64,000 nucleotides of DNA from Nanobdellota archaeon (GTDB taxonomy: Archaea > Nanobdellota > Nanobdellia > CSSed11-243R1), in the NCBI GenBank assembly GCA_021162365.1, contig JAGGYW010000014.1:2518-66517 (forward strand), in the 5' to 3' direction. Made by a program: the position numbers and the translations under genes. The notes under the pieces were generated by a model. That model was not told the origin of the DNA, searched no databases, and saw only the letters and a program-made list of their open reading frames with translations. Shown here one piece after another: positions 30,880 to 39,787 of this stretch (positions are counted from its first letter, which is position 1; each line of letters begins with the position of its first letter).

Positions 30880-31358
30880 GTTGCTTCAACCGCACCAAAC
30901 AATGTTCCTGAATCACGGTGGTCTATACCTGAATCTGGGTCTGTGTAGTCAAAGTCGACAACCAATGAGTAAGAGGTTCTCGCTGTAAGTGTCACACCCC
31001 AAGTTGTATCACAGTCACCCCATGCAACATACATCTCATTTGGTGCAATATTCCCTGCTGTAGTTCCATTCGTCAGTGTACACTCTACATTTTTATAATA
31101 CACATAAATATTGTTAAGTGTCACTGTCTTTCCAAGCTGATTCTGGAATGCTATTGAAAAGTTTCCATCTTCGTTAAGGGAGAAATCTGCAACCCTGAAC
31201 TGTGCAAATCCTGTTTGTCTCTTTCCTGTCCACTGACCCGGACTAAACACTCCAAGGGCGTACAACGATGCTCCAACAATAATCACTATTAATATTGCCC
31301 AACCGTATGTTAAAAGATATTCCAACGCTGATTGTCCTTTCCTCATCAACATCACCAA
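30876..31358 (-). CDS. Archaeal type IV pilin (class III signal peptide, KG|QSALEYL)
   Basis: MRKGQSALEYLLTYGWAILIVIIV is a canonical prepilin peptidase (PibD/FlaK) substrate motif with Glu+5. Confidence 0.7.
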   Translation of the reverse strand: MVMLMRKGQSALEYLLTYGWAILIVIIVGASLYALGVFSPGQWTGKRQTGFAQFRVADFSLNEDGNFSIAFQNQLGKTVTLNNIYVYYKNVECTLTNGTTAGNIAPNEMYVAWGDCDTTWGVTLTARTSYSLVVDFDYTDPDSGIDHRDSGTLFGAVEAT

Positions 31359-31387
31359 TTATTCTAATTTTTATTCATATATAAACA

Positions 31388-32368
31388 TTACACAACCCTT
31401 ATCCCTCCGAAAAATGCGGAGAGGACGAGCCTTGCTATATAAAACAATGCAAGTGCAATCCCCAAGAAAAATGGAATATACTTTACTCCATATTTCTCAT
31501 TACCTTTGTTTATTAGTGCAACTATGAAAGAAGCAAACACGGAAACAATTGTCAAATTAATGTACGCAAAGTTAGTTAAAAACTCTCCGGAGATGCTGGA
31601 TGGTACAATTTTAACAGTTGGTGTTTTTTCTGTTACAAATTGAACTGCAATTGAATGACTTAGCTTTGATAAAACTTCTGCAAGCTGGATGGACACTGCA
31701 TATAAGACGGGTGCAATCAAACAAGCGGCTATGAATATGAAAAATGCATACACAAAAATCATAGATCTAACTTCTTTTCTTATGGACGCAGTTTCCTTTA
31801 TATCATTTGCAGTGCTTTCTAAAAGAACTGATAAATCACCACCAGAATTAATTCCCTCTATTATCAAATTCATGGTTTGCTTGAACAGCTTTGAATCAAT
31901 TCCATAAGAAAGCTCGGAAAAAGCGTCAACTAATGAAGCACCTGCTGCTATTTTTTTCCCAGCCTTCTTAATCTTATCTGCAAGAAAACCAAATTCCGGA
32001 CGTGCACTAAGCAAAAATGCTTCCTCTGGAGAAATACCACTCCTTAAATTAGACGCCATAAGTAGTAGTACATCCGGTAACATCATCTCAACATACCTTG
32101 CCCTCTGCTCTGCAAGAAGGGACAAAATCATCAACACACTTGCATAGTAAATGAAAACAGTTAACGCAGCAGATATAAGAGCATAAAAAGCTCCGTAAGT
32201 ATTAAACACAATCAATCCGGCAATAGTAGTAATTATAACTCCTAGCAAAAAGTTAACACTTACAAAGTAAAATGGGTTTACTTTAATGTCTGCATAAGTT
32301 AGCATTTCCTTTACTTTCTTTACCTTTCCTCTCGTCAGCAGCTTGCCAAATTCAATTAATAAATTCAT
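31388..32368 (-). CDS. TadC/PilC/FlaJ-like platform protein (T2SS-F domain), second half
   Basis: A T2SSF-like domain (LRSGISPEEAF...LVDAF) between TM helices. Confidence 0.55.
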   Translation of the reverse strand: MNLLIEFGKLLTRGKVKKVKEMLTYADIKVNPFYFVSVNFLLGVIITTIAGLIVFNTYGAFYALISAALTVFIYYASVLMILSLLAEQRARYVEMMLPDVLLLMASNLRSGISPEEAFLLSARPEFGFLADKIKKAGKKIAAGASLVDAFSELSYGIDSKLFKQTMNLIIEGINSGGDLSVLLESTANDIKETASIRKEVRSMIFVYAFFIFIAACLIAPVLYAVSIQLAEVLSKLSHSIAVQFVTEKTPTVKIVPSSISGEFLTNFAYINLTIVSVFASFIVALINKGNEKYGVKYIPFFLGIALALFYIARLVLSAFFGGIRVV

Positions 32369-33264
32369 TATATCACCAAAAGAGGCCTCTTATTCCTAAT
32401 AATTGATATAAAAAATATTTGGAGTATAAAAACAAAAAATGGAATTAAGTAAAAAATGTAAAGCGGAGCCTCAAGCTCCGAAAATGCACTCATCACAACA
32501 ATAACAGTAATCCCCAAACTTGGGAATACAATCGTAAACATCATATACATGAGGATAATCGGATTTAACTCTGCTCCATACTTCCTTATAAGAATTTTGT
32601 GCTCTTTTGTTAAGGTGGAAGTAATCCCTTCCAATATGTCTGCGATTTCTGCACCTGCACGCAAATTATTTGTTATCTGCCATATGATTCTCCTAAAGTA
32701 TAGAGAAGGATTCCTTAAAGCCATATTTTCAAGGGCTGTAACTTCATCTATTCCAGCAGAGATTTCTTTTATTGTCTTCTTGAACTCTTTAGAAACTTCA
32801 CCAAAATCGCCGTATGCCACTCCAACCATGGCGTCATAAAGAGGGATCCCAGACTTTATTTTCACGTAAATATACCTAAGCGCGAAGAGTAAATCCTTTT
32901 CAAGCAATTTAATCTTCTTAATTAACAACAACTTAAGATAAAAAAATGAGTAAATTGAGACAAAAAAAGCTATGGTTCCTCCACTCAACAATGAAATTTT
33001 CAATGCTTCGACTACTCCCCGAGAAATTGTTCCGATTACCATCAAAGGTGTAAATATAAGTAGAAAAGTAAAAACAACAGAAAATGTTGCCATAGCAAGA
33101 TATTCTTCTGGGGATAACTTTATCTCTAATTGGGTTAAATTTGTCTCAACGCTTGGAAAAAACCTGGAAAGAAATGCACCAAAAGGTAAAAAAATCCTCG
33201 ACATTCTTAGCATTGTCTCTTCCTTCATTGGCAAAAAACTGAAAAGTCTCATTTTATCTTTCAA
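32368..33264 (-). CDS. TadB/PilC/FlaJ-like platform protein (T2SS-F domain), first half
   Basis: A T2SSF-like domain (IKSGIPLYDAM...) with TM helices. Its stop overlaps the start of the next platform gene (ATGA). Confidence 0.55.
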   Translation of the reverse strand: MKDKMRLFSFLPMKEETMLRMSRIFLPFGAFLSRFFPSVETNLTQLEIKLSPEEYLAMATFSVVFTFLLIFTPLMVIGTISRGVVEALKISLLSGGTIAFFVSIYSFFYLKLLLIKKIKLLEKDLLFALRYIYVKIKSGIPLYDAMVGVAYGDFGEVSKEFKKTIKEISAGIDEVTALENMALRNPSLYFRRIIWQITNNLRAGAEIADILEGITSTLTKEHKILIRKYGAELNPIILMYMMFTIVFPSLGITVIVVMSAFSELEAPLYIFYLIPFFVFILQIFFISIIRNKRPLLVI

Positions 33265-34771
33265 GCTCCGAAAAGAAGTTACCCAAAACTAACTCAACTC
33301 CTTTTTTCTCATGCATGAGTTTCATTAATTGCTTTTTATCCTTGTAATACTCACTAACAACTTTACCAACAGTGTTAACAGTATCAATGTTATTCTCAAC
33401 TAACCACTTTAGGATACCCGTCTTTTCCTTCATGTCCTTTTGGAGTTCATCCTTACTAAGACCAGTGAACAATTTTATCTCATTCATTAATCTCTTCGAA
33501 TCCCCTACTTTCATCTGAACATCTTTACTTGCATCCCATCTATATATTGTATTAATCTCAACCTCCTTTCCAGAAACAACTTCTGAAACCTCAAAAAGAC
33601 GGCGTATATTCTTTCTTCTTTGCCTGAACATGATTGCAAACAAAGGCAATGAACGAATCAAATCGGGAGGTAAATTAATTGGAGGTGAGGTTAATCTTCT
33701 AAATGCCTCCTCTGCAGTATTTGCATGTAATGTAGAATAAACAGAGTGGCCTGTATTCAATGCTTCAAACAAAACTTCGGCTTCCTCTTGCCTTCTTACT
33801 TCTCCAACAACAATCCTGTCCGGCCTCATCCTCAAGGAATTTATTAACAAATCAAGCATATCCACCCCACCTTTCCCCTCAGGATTTGGATCTCTTGTGG
33901 TAAGGGGGACCCAATGTAAAAATGATGGAAGGTTGAGTTCCCTTGTTTCTTCAATACTTATGACTCTCTGATTTGGGGGAACAAACGGAAGTATAACATT
34001 AAGCAAACTTGTCTTACCTGTGGCTGTTCCACCACCAATGATTATACTCATCTCATATTGCACTGCCAACCACAGAAGAGCAGCAGTTTCATAATTTAAT
34101 GTCTTATTCTTGATAAAATCAGTAATTGTCCATGGTTTCCTTCTGAACATTCTAATTGTAAGAGTGTTCCCTTTTGTAGAGATAGGAAACAAGGTTGCAT
34201 TAACTCTGTCGCCGGTCAATAAATGTGCATCCATTAATGGATTTAAAACAGTTATTTGTCTTCCAACTCTTCTGCCAACTATGGATGCATAGTTTTTAAT
34301 TTGCTCCTCGCTATCAACAATTAAGTTTGTCTCGAGCCACCCAAGTTTTTTATGGTAAACCCATACTGGTTCTTTGCTGTTGTTTATAACAATTTCCTCC
34401 AAGTTATCGTCATGCAAAAGAAACTCCACATTTCCTAATCCAAGCATCTCATTAACCAAAAAAGTAATTCCGTAATCGACGACTTCCTCCGGAGCAGTAG
34501 GGATACCTTCTTTAATTATTTCCCTAGCTTTTGCCGATATTGTATACTTAATTTTCTCAAATTGAATTGGATCCCTTAACACTTCTAACTTTATAGGAAT
34601 TTTAGCAATTAGCTTATCCCTAACATCTTCCAAAAACGCCAGTGTTGCTGGCTCCAATTTTGGTAGATTTAAAACATAAATTGGGACAAATTTATCTTCA
34701 TCCTTGTAGATAGAAACAGTTACCTTTGTTGTACCTATTCTTACAGGATAGTTGCTAATTTGTTTTCTCAT
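33254..34771 (-). CDS. Type IV pilus/archaellum-family secretion ATPase (PilB/FlaI/TadA-like)
   Basis: Walker A GGTATGKTS. Asp box, Walker B and His box arrangement match the VirB11/GspE superfamily. Confidence 0.8.
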   Translation of the reverse strand: MRKQISNYPVRIGTTKVTVSIYKDEDKFVPIYVLNLPKLEPATLAFLEDVRDKLIAKIPIKLEVLRDPIQFEKIKYTISAKAREIIKEGIPTAPEEVVDYGITFLVNEMLGLGNVEFLLHDDNLEEIVINNSKEPVWVYHKKLGWLETNLIVDSEEQIKNYASIVGRRVGRQITVLNPLMDAHLLTGDRVNATLFPISTKGNTLTIRMFRRKPWTITDFIKNKTLNYETAALLWLAVQYEMSIIIGGGTATGKTSLLNVILPFVPPNQRVISIEETRELNLPSFLHWVPLTTRDPNPEGKGGVDMLDLLINSLRMRPDRIVVGEVRRQEEAEVLFEALNTGHSVYSTLHANTAEEAFRRLTSPPINLPPDLIRSLPLFAIMFRQRRKNIRRLFEVSEVVSGKEVEINTIYRWDASKDVQMKVGDSKRLMNEIKLFTGLSKDELQKDMKEKTGILKWLVENNIDTVNTVGKVVSEYYKDKKQLMKLMHEKKGVELVLGNFFSELER

Positions 34772-34832
34772 TTTAACCTACTAATTTAACATTAAGAACC
34801 TTTATATTTTTTAAAATTACTTTCCATTAGTA

Positions 34833-37800
34833 ATGAATCATATAAAGAAGCTCGAAATATTTGGATTTAAATCCTTCTCCGGAAGAAAAGAAATTACATT
34901 TCCTGAGGGGTTAAACTGCATAATGGGCCCAAATGGAAGCGGAAAAAGCAACGTCACAGAAGCTATCTGCTTTGTTCTAGGAAAAGCGTCAAAAAAAGAC
35001 CTCCGCGCAGAAAGACTGGGCGACTTAGTATTCAATGGTGGAAAGAAACTTCCACCAAGCAAGTTTGCAAAAGTGACAATTGTCATAGACAACAAAAATA
35101 GAAGATTTCCAATAGATGATGACGAAGTAAGAATAAGTAGAAAAGTAGACAGAGAAGGGAGAAGTTTGTTCAGGGTAAACGGAAAAAGAGAAACAAGAGA
35201 ATATGTAAAAAACTTACTTGCCTATGCGAATATAGATGCGGACGGATACAACATAGTAATGCAGGGAGAGATAGAAAAATTTGTGGATTTGTCCCCAGAT
35301 GAAAGAAGAAAAATAATTGAAGACTTATCAGGGATTTCTGTTTACGAAGAGAAAAAACACAAATGTATGCTAGAAATAGAAAAAGTCAATCAAAAGCTAA
35401 AGGAGGCAAACATAATTCTCAATGAAAAAATAAAGCATATGGAAGAACTAAAAAAGGAGAAAGAAGAAGCCGAAAAATTCAACGACCTAAAGGAAAAACT
35501 AAGATACAAAAAAGCCTCAAAATTATTCAAAGAGATTGAGGAAATTAATTCTGAAAAAAGAAAGCTTGAAGAAAAGGTATTATCAAAACAAAAAGAAATT
35601 GAAGAGTTAACAAACACAAAGCAGGAAATTTCAAAGAAGATAGATGAAATTAGTAAGGAAATAGAGAGCATAAACAAAACAACAGAAGAGCTCGGCGAAA
35701 CAGAACAGATAGAACTTAACAATCAAATTGAGAATCTAAGAATAAGAATAAATGAAATCAATGCTGAAATCAAAGGAAGGAAAAATGAGATAGTTAGGAT
35801 AAATGAAAGAAAAAAGCAAATTCAAAAAGATATAGAAATAAACAAAGAAAATTCAAAAAAATCAGAGGAGAGACTTAAAAAACTAAGCGAAGAGAGCGAA
35901 GCACTAAAGAAAAAGCTCGAAAAGCTGAAGGAAGAATTTAAGCTATTAAGTAACCTAGACAAAGAGAGAGTAGAAATAAAATCAAAGATAAATGAAGTTG
36001 AAAAAGAAATAATTAACATCAAAGGAGAGTTAAGTACTTTTGAAGAGAGAATAAAAGGAATTGAAAAAAAGAAAGAACTTGAAAAAGAACTAAATCTGAA
36101 AGAGCGTATTCTCAAAGAAAAGGCCGAAGAAGATTCCTCCCTTGCAATAAAAATATCTGGCCTAAAGGAAGAAAGAGACAAGCTTAACAAGCAGCTCCAC
36201 ACCTTTGAAGGGAAGAAAGAAATCTTGTTTGGTCTCCTGAAAAAAGGTGTTAGAGCAATCCTGCAAGCGAAGGAAAGAGGCGAAATAAAAGGAATTCATG
36301 GATTAGTATACGACCTTGCAAAAGTTGATGAAAAATATTCTGTGCCAATTAAAGTAGCTGCGGGTAATAGGAGTAACGCAATAGTTGTTGACAATGTAGA
36401 TGTTGCAAAAGAGTGCATAAGGTTTCTGCGTGAAAATAAACTTGGCGTAGCTACATTTCTCCCACTAGACAAACTAAGAACAGAAAAAATCAAAAAAGAA
36501 ATCAAAGTAGGGAACGGTGTAGTTGGCTATGCAATTGATTTAATAAAATATGACAAGAGATATGAAAATGTATTCAACTATATTTTATCCGACACACTTA
36601 TTGTAAAAGATATTGAAACTGCAAAAAGAGTTGGGATTAACAAATATAGGATGGTAACTCTTAAAGGGGACTTAATAGAAAAAAGTGGGGCAATCTCCGG
36701 AGGACATAGGCAAAAGGAAACTCTCGGGTTTAGCAGCGAGCCGTTGGACGAAAAAATAGAAAAAATAAAATCGGAGATTTCTGAAATTGCATCTCAGATA
36801 ACTTCGCTTGAATCTAAAAGAGAAAAGTTGTTTGAAGACATCTCAAATATGAGAAGCGAAATATTTCACTTAAACTCAACAATTGAGAGTATAGAAGATG
36901 TCAATGAAGAAAAATTAAAAGAACTAAAAGAAAAACTAAAGGAGAAAGAAAAGCTGAGAGCTGAGCTTGAGGCTAAGCTTAAAGAAATGCCTTCTAAGGC
37001 AGACGAAGAACTGCTAAACAAACTAAGCAAGGACATAGAAACCACACAAACAAAGATAAATGAATTAGAAGCAAAAAAAGGAGGAATAAAATTTGAGATA
37101 GAAATCTCGCAAAAAGATTTAGAACGCTCAACGAAACTTTTGGAAGAGCTACAAAAAGAGGAGGAAAACTTCAAAAAGACAATTTCCTCTCTTGAAGATG
37201 AATCTAAAAAGCTTGAAAGTGATCTAAAGAAAAAGCTTGAAGAAGAAAAGAGATTCCACTCAAAGCTAAGGGAACTTTACGAAAAGAGAAACAAATTGAA
37301 TGACAAAATAAAACAGCTTGAGATAAAAAAAGCAAGAATCGATGAAAAGATAGAAAAAATAAGAGATGAATTCAATAACTTAAAACTCAAACTCGCAGAA
37401 GTAAATGCAAAACTTGAGGGAAAAAACACTGCCATGCAGGAGTTCTCAGACATCAAAATTGAAAAGGTTAACAAAAGCATAAAAGAACTTGAAAAAGAAA
37501 TACACACGCTTGAGATGTTAATCTCAAACTTCGGCGCTGTAAATCTACGGGCGCTTGATGTATACAAAGAAGTTGAAAAAGAGTATAATGAACTGAAAGA
37601 AAAATACGACAAATTAAACGAGGAGAAAAATGAAATCTTAAAAGTTATGGAAGAAGTAGAAGAAAAGAAAAAAGAGGCATTCTTCGAAACATTCAACAAT
37701 GTAGCTAAAAACTTCGAAAGAGTATTCTCGATCTTATCTCCAAACGGGGAAGGTAAGCTCGTACTTGAAAATGAGGACAACCCATTTGAAGGGGGGTTAG

Positions 37801-38129
37801 ACATAATCGCTCGCCCGGGTGGAAAAAAATTCATCTCTTTAAGAGCAATGAGTGGTGGAGAAAAAACACTAACAACTCTTGCATTTATATTCGCAGTTCA
37901 GGAGTATATACCCTCTCCATTTTACATAATGGATGAAGTTGAAGCCGCGCTAGACAGAGAGAATTCCGAAAGACTAGCACAATTGCTTGCAGAATATTCA
38001 AAAACATCGCAGTTTATTGTGGTTACACACAATGATGCGGTACTCGCCCACGCAGACACAATTTATGGAGTGCACATGAATCAACTTGGTGAGTCCCAAA
38101 TAGTTTCCGTAAAGCTTCCTAAGAGATAA
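34833..38129 (+). CDS. smc: Chromosome segregation protein SMC
   Basis: N-terminal Walker A GPNGSGKSN. Long coiled coils with a central hinge (GxxGxAIDLI). C-terminal signature LSGGEKTL and Walker B. Confidence 0.9.
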   Translation: MNHIKKLEIFGFKSFSGRKEITFPEGLNCIMGPNGSGKSNVTEAICFVLGKASKKDLRAERLGDLVFNGGKKLPPSKFAKVTIVIDNKNRRFPIDDDEVRISRKVDREGRSLFRVNGKRETREYVKNLLAYANIDADGYNIVMQGEIEKFVDLSPDERRKIIEDLSGISVYEEKKHKCMLEIEKVNQKLKEANIILNEKIKHMEELKKEKEEAEKFNDLKEKLRYKKASKLFKEIEEINSEKRKLEEKVLSKQKEIEELTNTKQEISKKIDEISKEIESINKTTEELGETEQIELNNQIENLRIRINEINAEIKGRKNEIVRINERKKQIQKDIEINKENSKKSEERLKKLSEESEALKKKLEKLKEEFKLLSNLDKERVEIKSKINEVEKEIINIKGELSTFEERIKGIEKKKELEKELNLKERILKEKAEEDSSLAIKISGLKEERDKLNKQLHTFEGKKEILFGLLKKGVRAILQAKERGEIKGIHGLVYDLAKVDEKYSVPIKVAAGNRSNAIVVDNVDVAKECIRFLRENKLGVATFLPLDKLRTEKIKKEIKVGNGVVGYAIDLIKYDKRYENVFNYILSDTLIVKDIETAKRVGINKYRMVTLKGDLIEKSGAISGGHRQKETLGFSSEPLDEKIEKIKSEISEIASQITSLESKREKLFEDISNMRSEIFHLNSTIESIEDVNEEKLKELKEKLKEKEKLRAELEAKLKEMPSKADEELLNKLSKDIETTQTKINELEAKKGGIKFEIEISQKDLERSTKLLEELQKEEENFKKTISSLEDESKKLESDLKKKLEEEKRFHSKLRELYEKRNKLNDKIKQLEIKKARIDEKIEKIRDEFNNLKLKLAEVNAKLEGKNTAMQEFSDIKIEKVNKSIKELEKEIHTLEMLISNFGAVNLRALDVYKEVEKEYNELKEKYDKLNEEKNEILKVMEEVEEKKKEAFFETFNNVAKNFERVFSILSPNGEGKLVLENEDNPFEGGLDIIARPGGKKFISLRAMSGGEKTLTTLAFIFAVQEYIPSPFYIMDEVEAALDRENSERLAQLLAEYSKTSQFIVVTHNDAVLAHADTIYGVHMNQLGESQIVSVKLPKR

Positions 38130-38396
38130 TTAACTAAACTTACACTTAAAATTCTCACACCCACAATTTAAATCTGGCTTCTCTGTTTTGTTTAAAAACT
38201 CACAAAGTTCATCTGGACATTTCCACCAACTCAAATCCTTGGAGTCACATCTCCAAGTACAACAAACTTTCTGCATGTGGCAGTTAGAATCTAAAAGACA
38301 GGGAGTGTTTGGAATAAACTCTGGAGCAAATATATACACCGCTGCAACAACAATAATTACCCCAACTATGACCCCTGCAAAAAAAGAAGTGAACAT
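38130..38396 (-). CDS. Small membrane-anchored Cys-rich protein
   Basis: One N-terminal TM helix and 10 Cys in 88 aa. Confidence 0.3.
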   Translation of the reverse strand: MFTSFFAGVIVGVIIVVAAVYIFAPEFIPNTPCLLDSNCHMQKVCCTWRCDSKDLSWWKCPDELCEFLNKTEKPDLNCGCENFKCKFS

Positions 38397-38417
38397 GTTT
38401 TATCACCATAAAAGATA

Positions 38418-38591
38418 TGGGCCCGCCCAGATTCGAATTCCCCCACGCTTTCTTTCCGTGCACGCTTTCTTTCCGGAAAGAAAGGGTGCCTGGGGACCTC
38501 CCGCAGTCTGAACCCCCTTCTTTCCGTAAACGCTTTCTTGGAAAGAAAGGGTTTCGTCAAGCGGACGCCATAACCACTAGGCCACGGGCCC
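38418..38591 (-). tRNA. tRNA-Val (anticodon GAC), 174 nt, with two introns: canonical anticodon-loop site and T-arm (near 53/54)
   Basis: On the minus strand: GGGCCCG-TG-GCCTAGTGGTTATGGC-G-TCCGC-TTGACGA-[about 48-nt insert]-GCGGG-AGGTC-CCCAG-[about 50-nt insert]-TTCGAAT-CTGGG-CGGGCCC-A. Both inserts form CCCTTTCTTTCC/GGAAAGAAAGGG hairpins. Confidence 0.6.
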
Positions 38592-38616
38592 ATAAAATCT
38601 CCTTTAACATAGATGT

Positions 38617-39129
38617 TTAAAAATCTTTGGTTAGATATTCTCTCAGCTCATCAGAAGACAATACTTTCGTAATCTCCTTCATAGCACCCACCATTTCATG
38701 GAGTGCGCCATCCATCTCAATCATAGTCACAGTGAAATAAGTCATACCAAACGGATTGCTGAGCAATGGCTCCGATGTAAGATAAAATTCACTTCCATCC
38801 CACATTATCTTCTGAGGGGATTTATCCAAGTTTAGCAAACCATATTCTAAAACGCTAAAAGGTTTTGGAAAATCAATACTAACACCAACATACTGTCGCG
38901 CTGTATCTACACCATTTAAATTCCACATCACCATTCTTTCTCTTACCTTTGTATAATCTCTCTCAGGGAATATTATTCCACATAGATCAGGAGCATCCAC
39001 TTTCTTGAGAGGAGCATAGAATACAAAGAGCTGTACCCCACCCGGAATGATATATTCCCAACTACTAAATCTATCTTTGATATATTTCGCACGATTTCTG
39101 ATTGCATCTAAATCCATATACACCACCAT
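38617..39129 (-). CDS. Hypothetical protein (171 aa)
   Basis: Start trimmed to MVVYMDLD, since the listed N-terminal extension overlaps tRNA-Ser. No family recognised. Confidence 0.4.
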   Translation of the reverse strand: MVVYMDLDAIRNRAKYIKDRFSSWEYIIPGGVQLFVFYAPLKKVDAPDLCGIIFPERDYTKVRERMVMWNLNGVDTARQYVGVSIDFPKPFSVLEYGLLNLDKSPQKIMWDGSEFYLTSEPLLSNPFGMTYFTVTMIEMDGALHEMVGAMKEITKVLSSDELREYLTKDF

Positions 39130-39133
39130 AAAG

Positions 39134-39402
39134 CGCCGGGGGTGGGACTCTCGTGCACCCACGAAAGTTTTCTCTTTCGTGCACGTTTCTCTTTTCCAAA
39201 GAGAGAAAGTGCCTTCGAACCCACGCACCCTTGCGGGAACTGGCTTTCAGCCTGCTTTTCATAAACACTTTCTTTCCCTGCAGGCTTTCTGGAAAGAAAG
39301 GCTGCTAGCAGGCCAGCGCCATAACCAGATTCCCCACACCTTCTTCCCTTCTTTTGGTAAAGCTTTTCTTCGGGGAAGAAAAGGTTTCTAGGCGACCCCG
39401 GC
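39134..39402 (-). tRNA. tRNA-Ser (anticodon GCT), about 269 nt, with three introns (D-loop, canonical 37/38, T-loop)
   Basis: On the minus strand: GCCGGGG-TC-GCCTAG-[about 60 nt]-TGGTTATGGCG-C-CTGGC-CTGCTA-[about 59 nt]-A-GCCAG-var arm TTCCCGCAAGGGTGC-GTGGG-TTCGA-[about 62 nt]-GT-CCCAC-CCCCGGC-G. The alternative of two separate genes was considered; no second T-arm or acceptor was found. Confidence 0.5.
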
Positions 39403-39480
39403 ATGATTCATAGAAACAATATTCCTCTTATATTTCTTTCTCTTAGCACAAGCTTCTTTCTTTTAAGAAGAGAAAGTGAG

Positions 39481-39751
39481 TGGGCGGGCACGCCAACCCT
39501 TGAGAAGCCACACCAGGGGCAGTCCCCAGATCTTTTCTCCACCCCGTATCCCAAGAGCATGTGCTACCCTGCTTAGTGCTGCTTCCTTCCGGACCTCGCA
39601 CGGTTCACAGAATAACACATCCCTTGGGGCGAGGCTTCTTAGATACGACCTGGGCTTGCCCAAAATGTGGCAACCCTCAGGTTGGCTTCGGCCCCCCATA
39701 AGGACGGTTTGGGGTTAACAGGCCACGCCCAACGGCCCACCTAGCCCGCCC
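39481..39751 (-). ncRNA. ffs: Signal recognition particle RNA (7S/SRP RNA)
   Basis: The minus strand reads GGGCGGGC...GCCCGCCC, a terminal helix. Internally it contains GGUCCGGAAGGAAGCAGC, the conserved SRP RNA helix-8 (domain IV) motif. GC-rich relative to the genome. Confidence 0.7.
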
Positions 39752-39787
39752 AAATAAAAATTAAAAAAAGTCAAGTTAAAAAGTTTT

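Noticed and set aside
38188-39404. ORFs 38188..38511, 38366..38593, 38417..38620, 39047..39391, 39071..39268, 39108..39404
   Set aside because: They overlap the intron-containing tRNA-Val and tRNA-Ser genes on both strands. They are Arg/Pro/Phe-rich artefacts of the CTTTCTTTCC/GGAAAGAAAG intron arms.
38400-39420. CRISPR array, suggested by recurring CTTTCTTTCC...GGAAAGAAAG elements
   Set aside because: The repeats are inverted hairpin arms of variable length and spacing, embedded in tRNA introns. They are not regularly spaced direct repeats with unique spacers, and no cas genes are nearby.
39463-39718. ORFs 39463..39699 (-) and 39476..39718 (+), 78-80 aa
   Set aside because: They lie entirely within the SRP RNA gene. 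The region is GC-rich structured RNA, and the amino-acid composition (Arg/Pro/Gly/Leu) is typical of random translation of GC-rich RNA.
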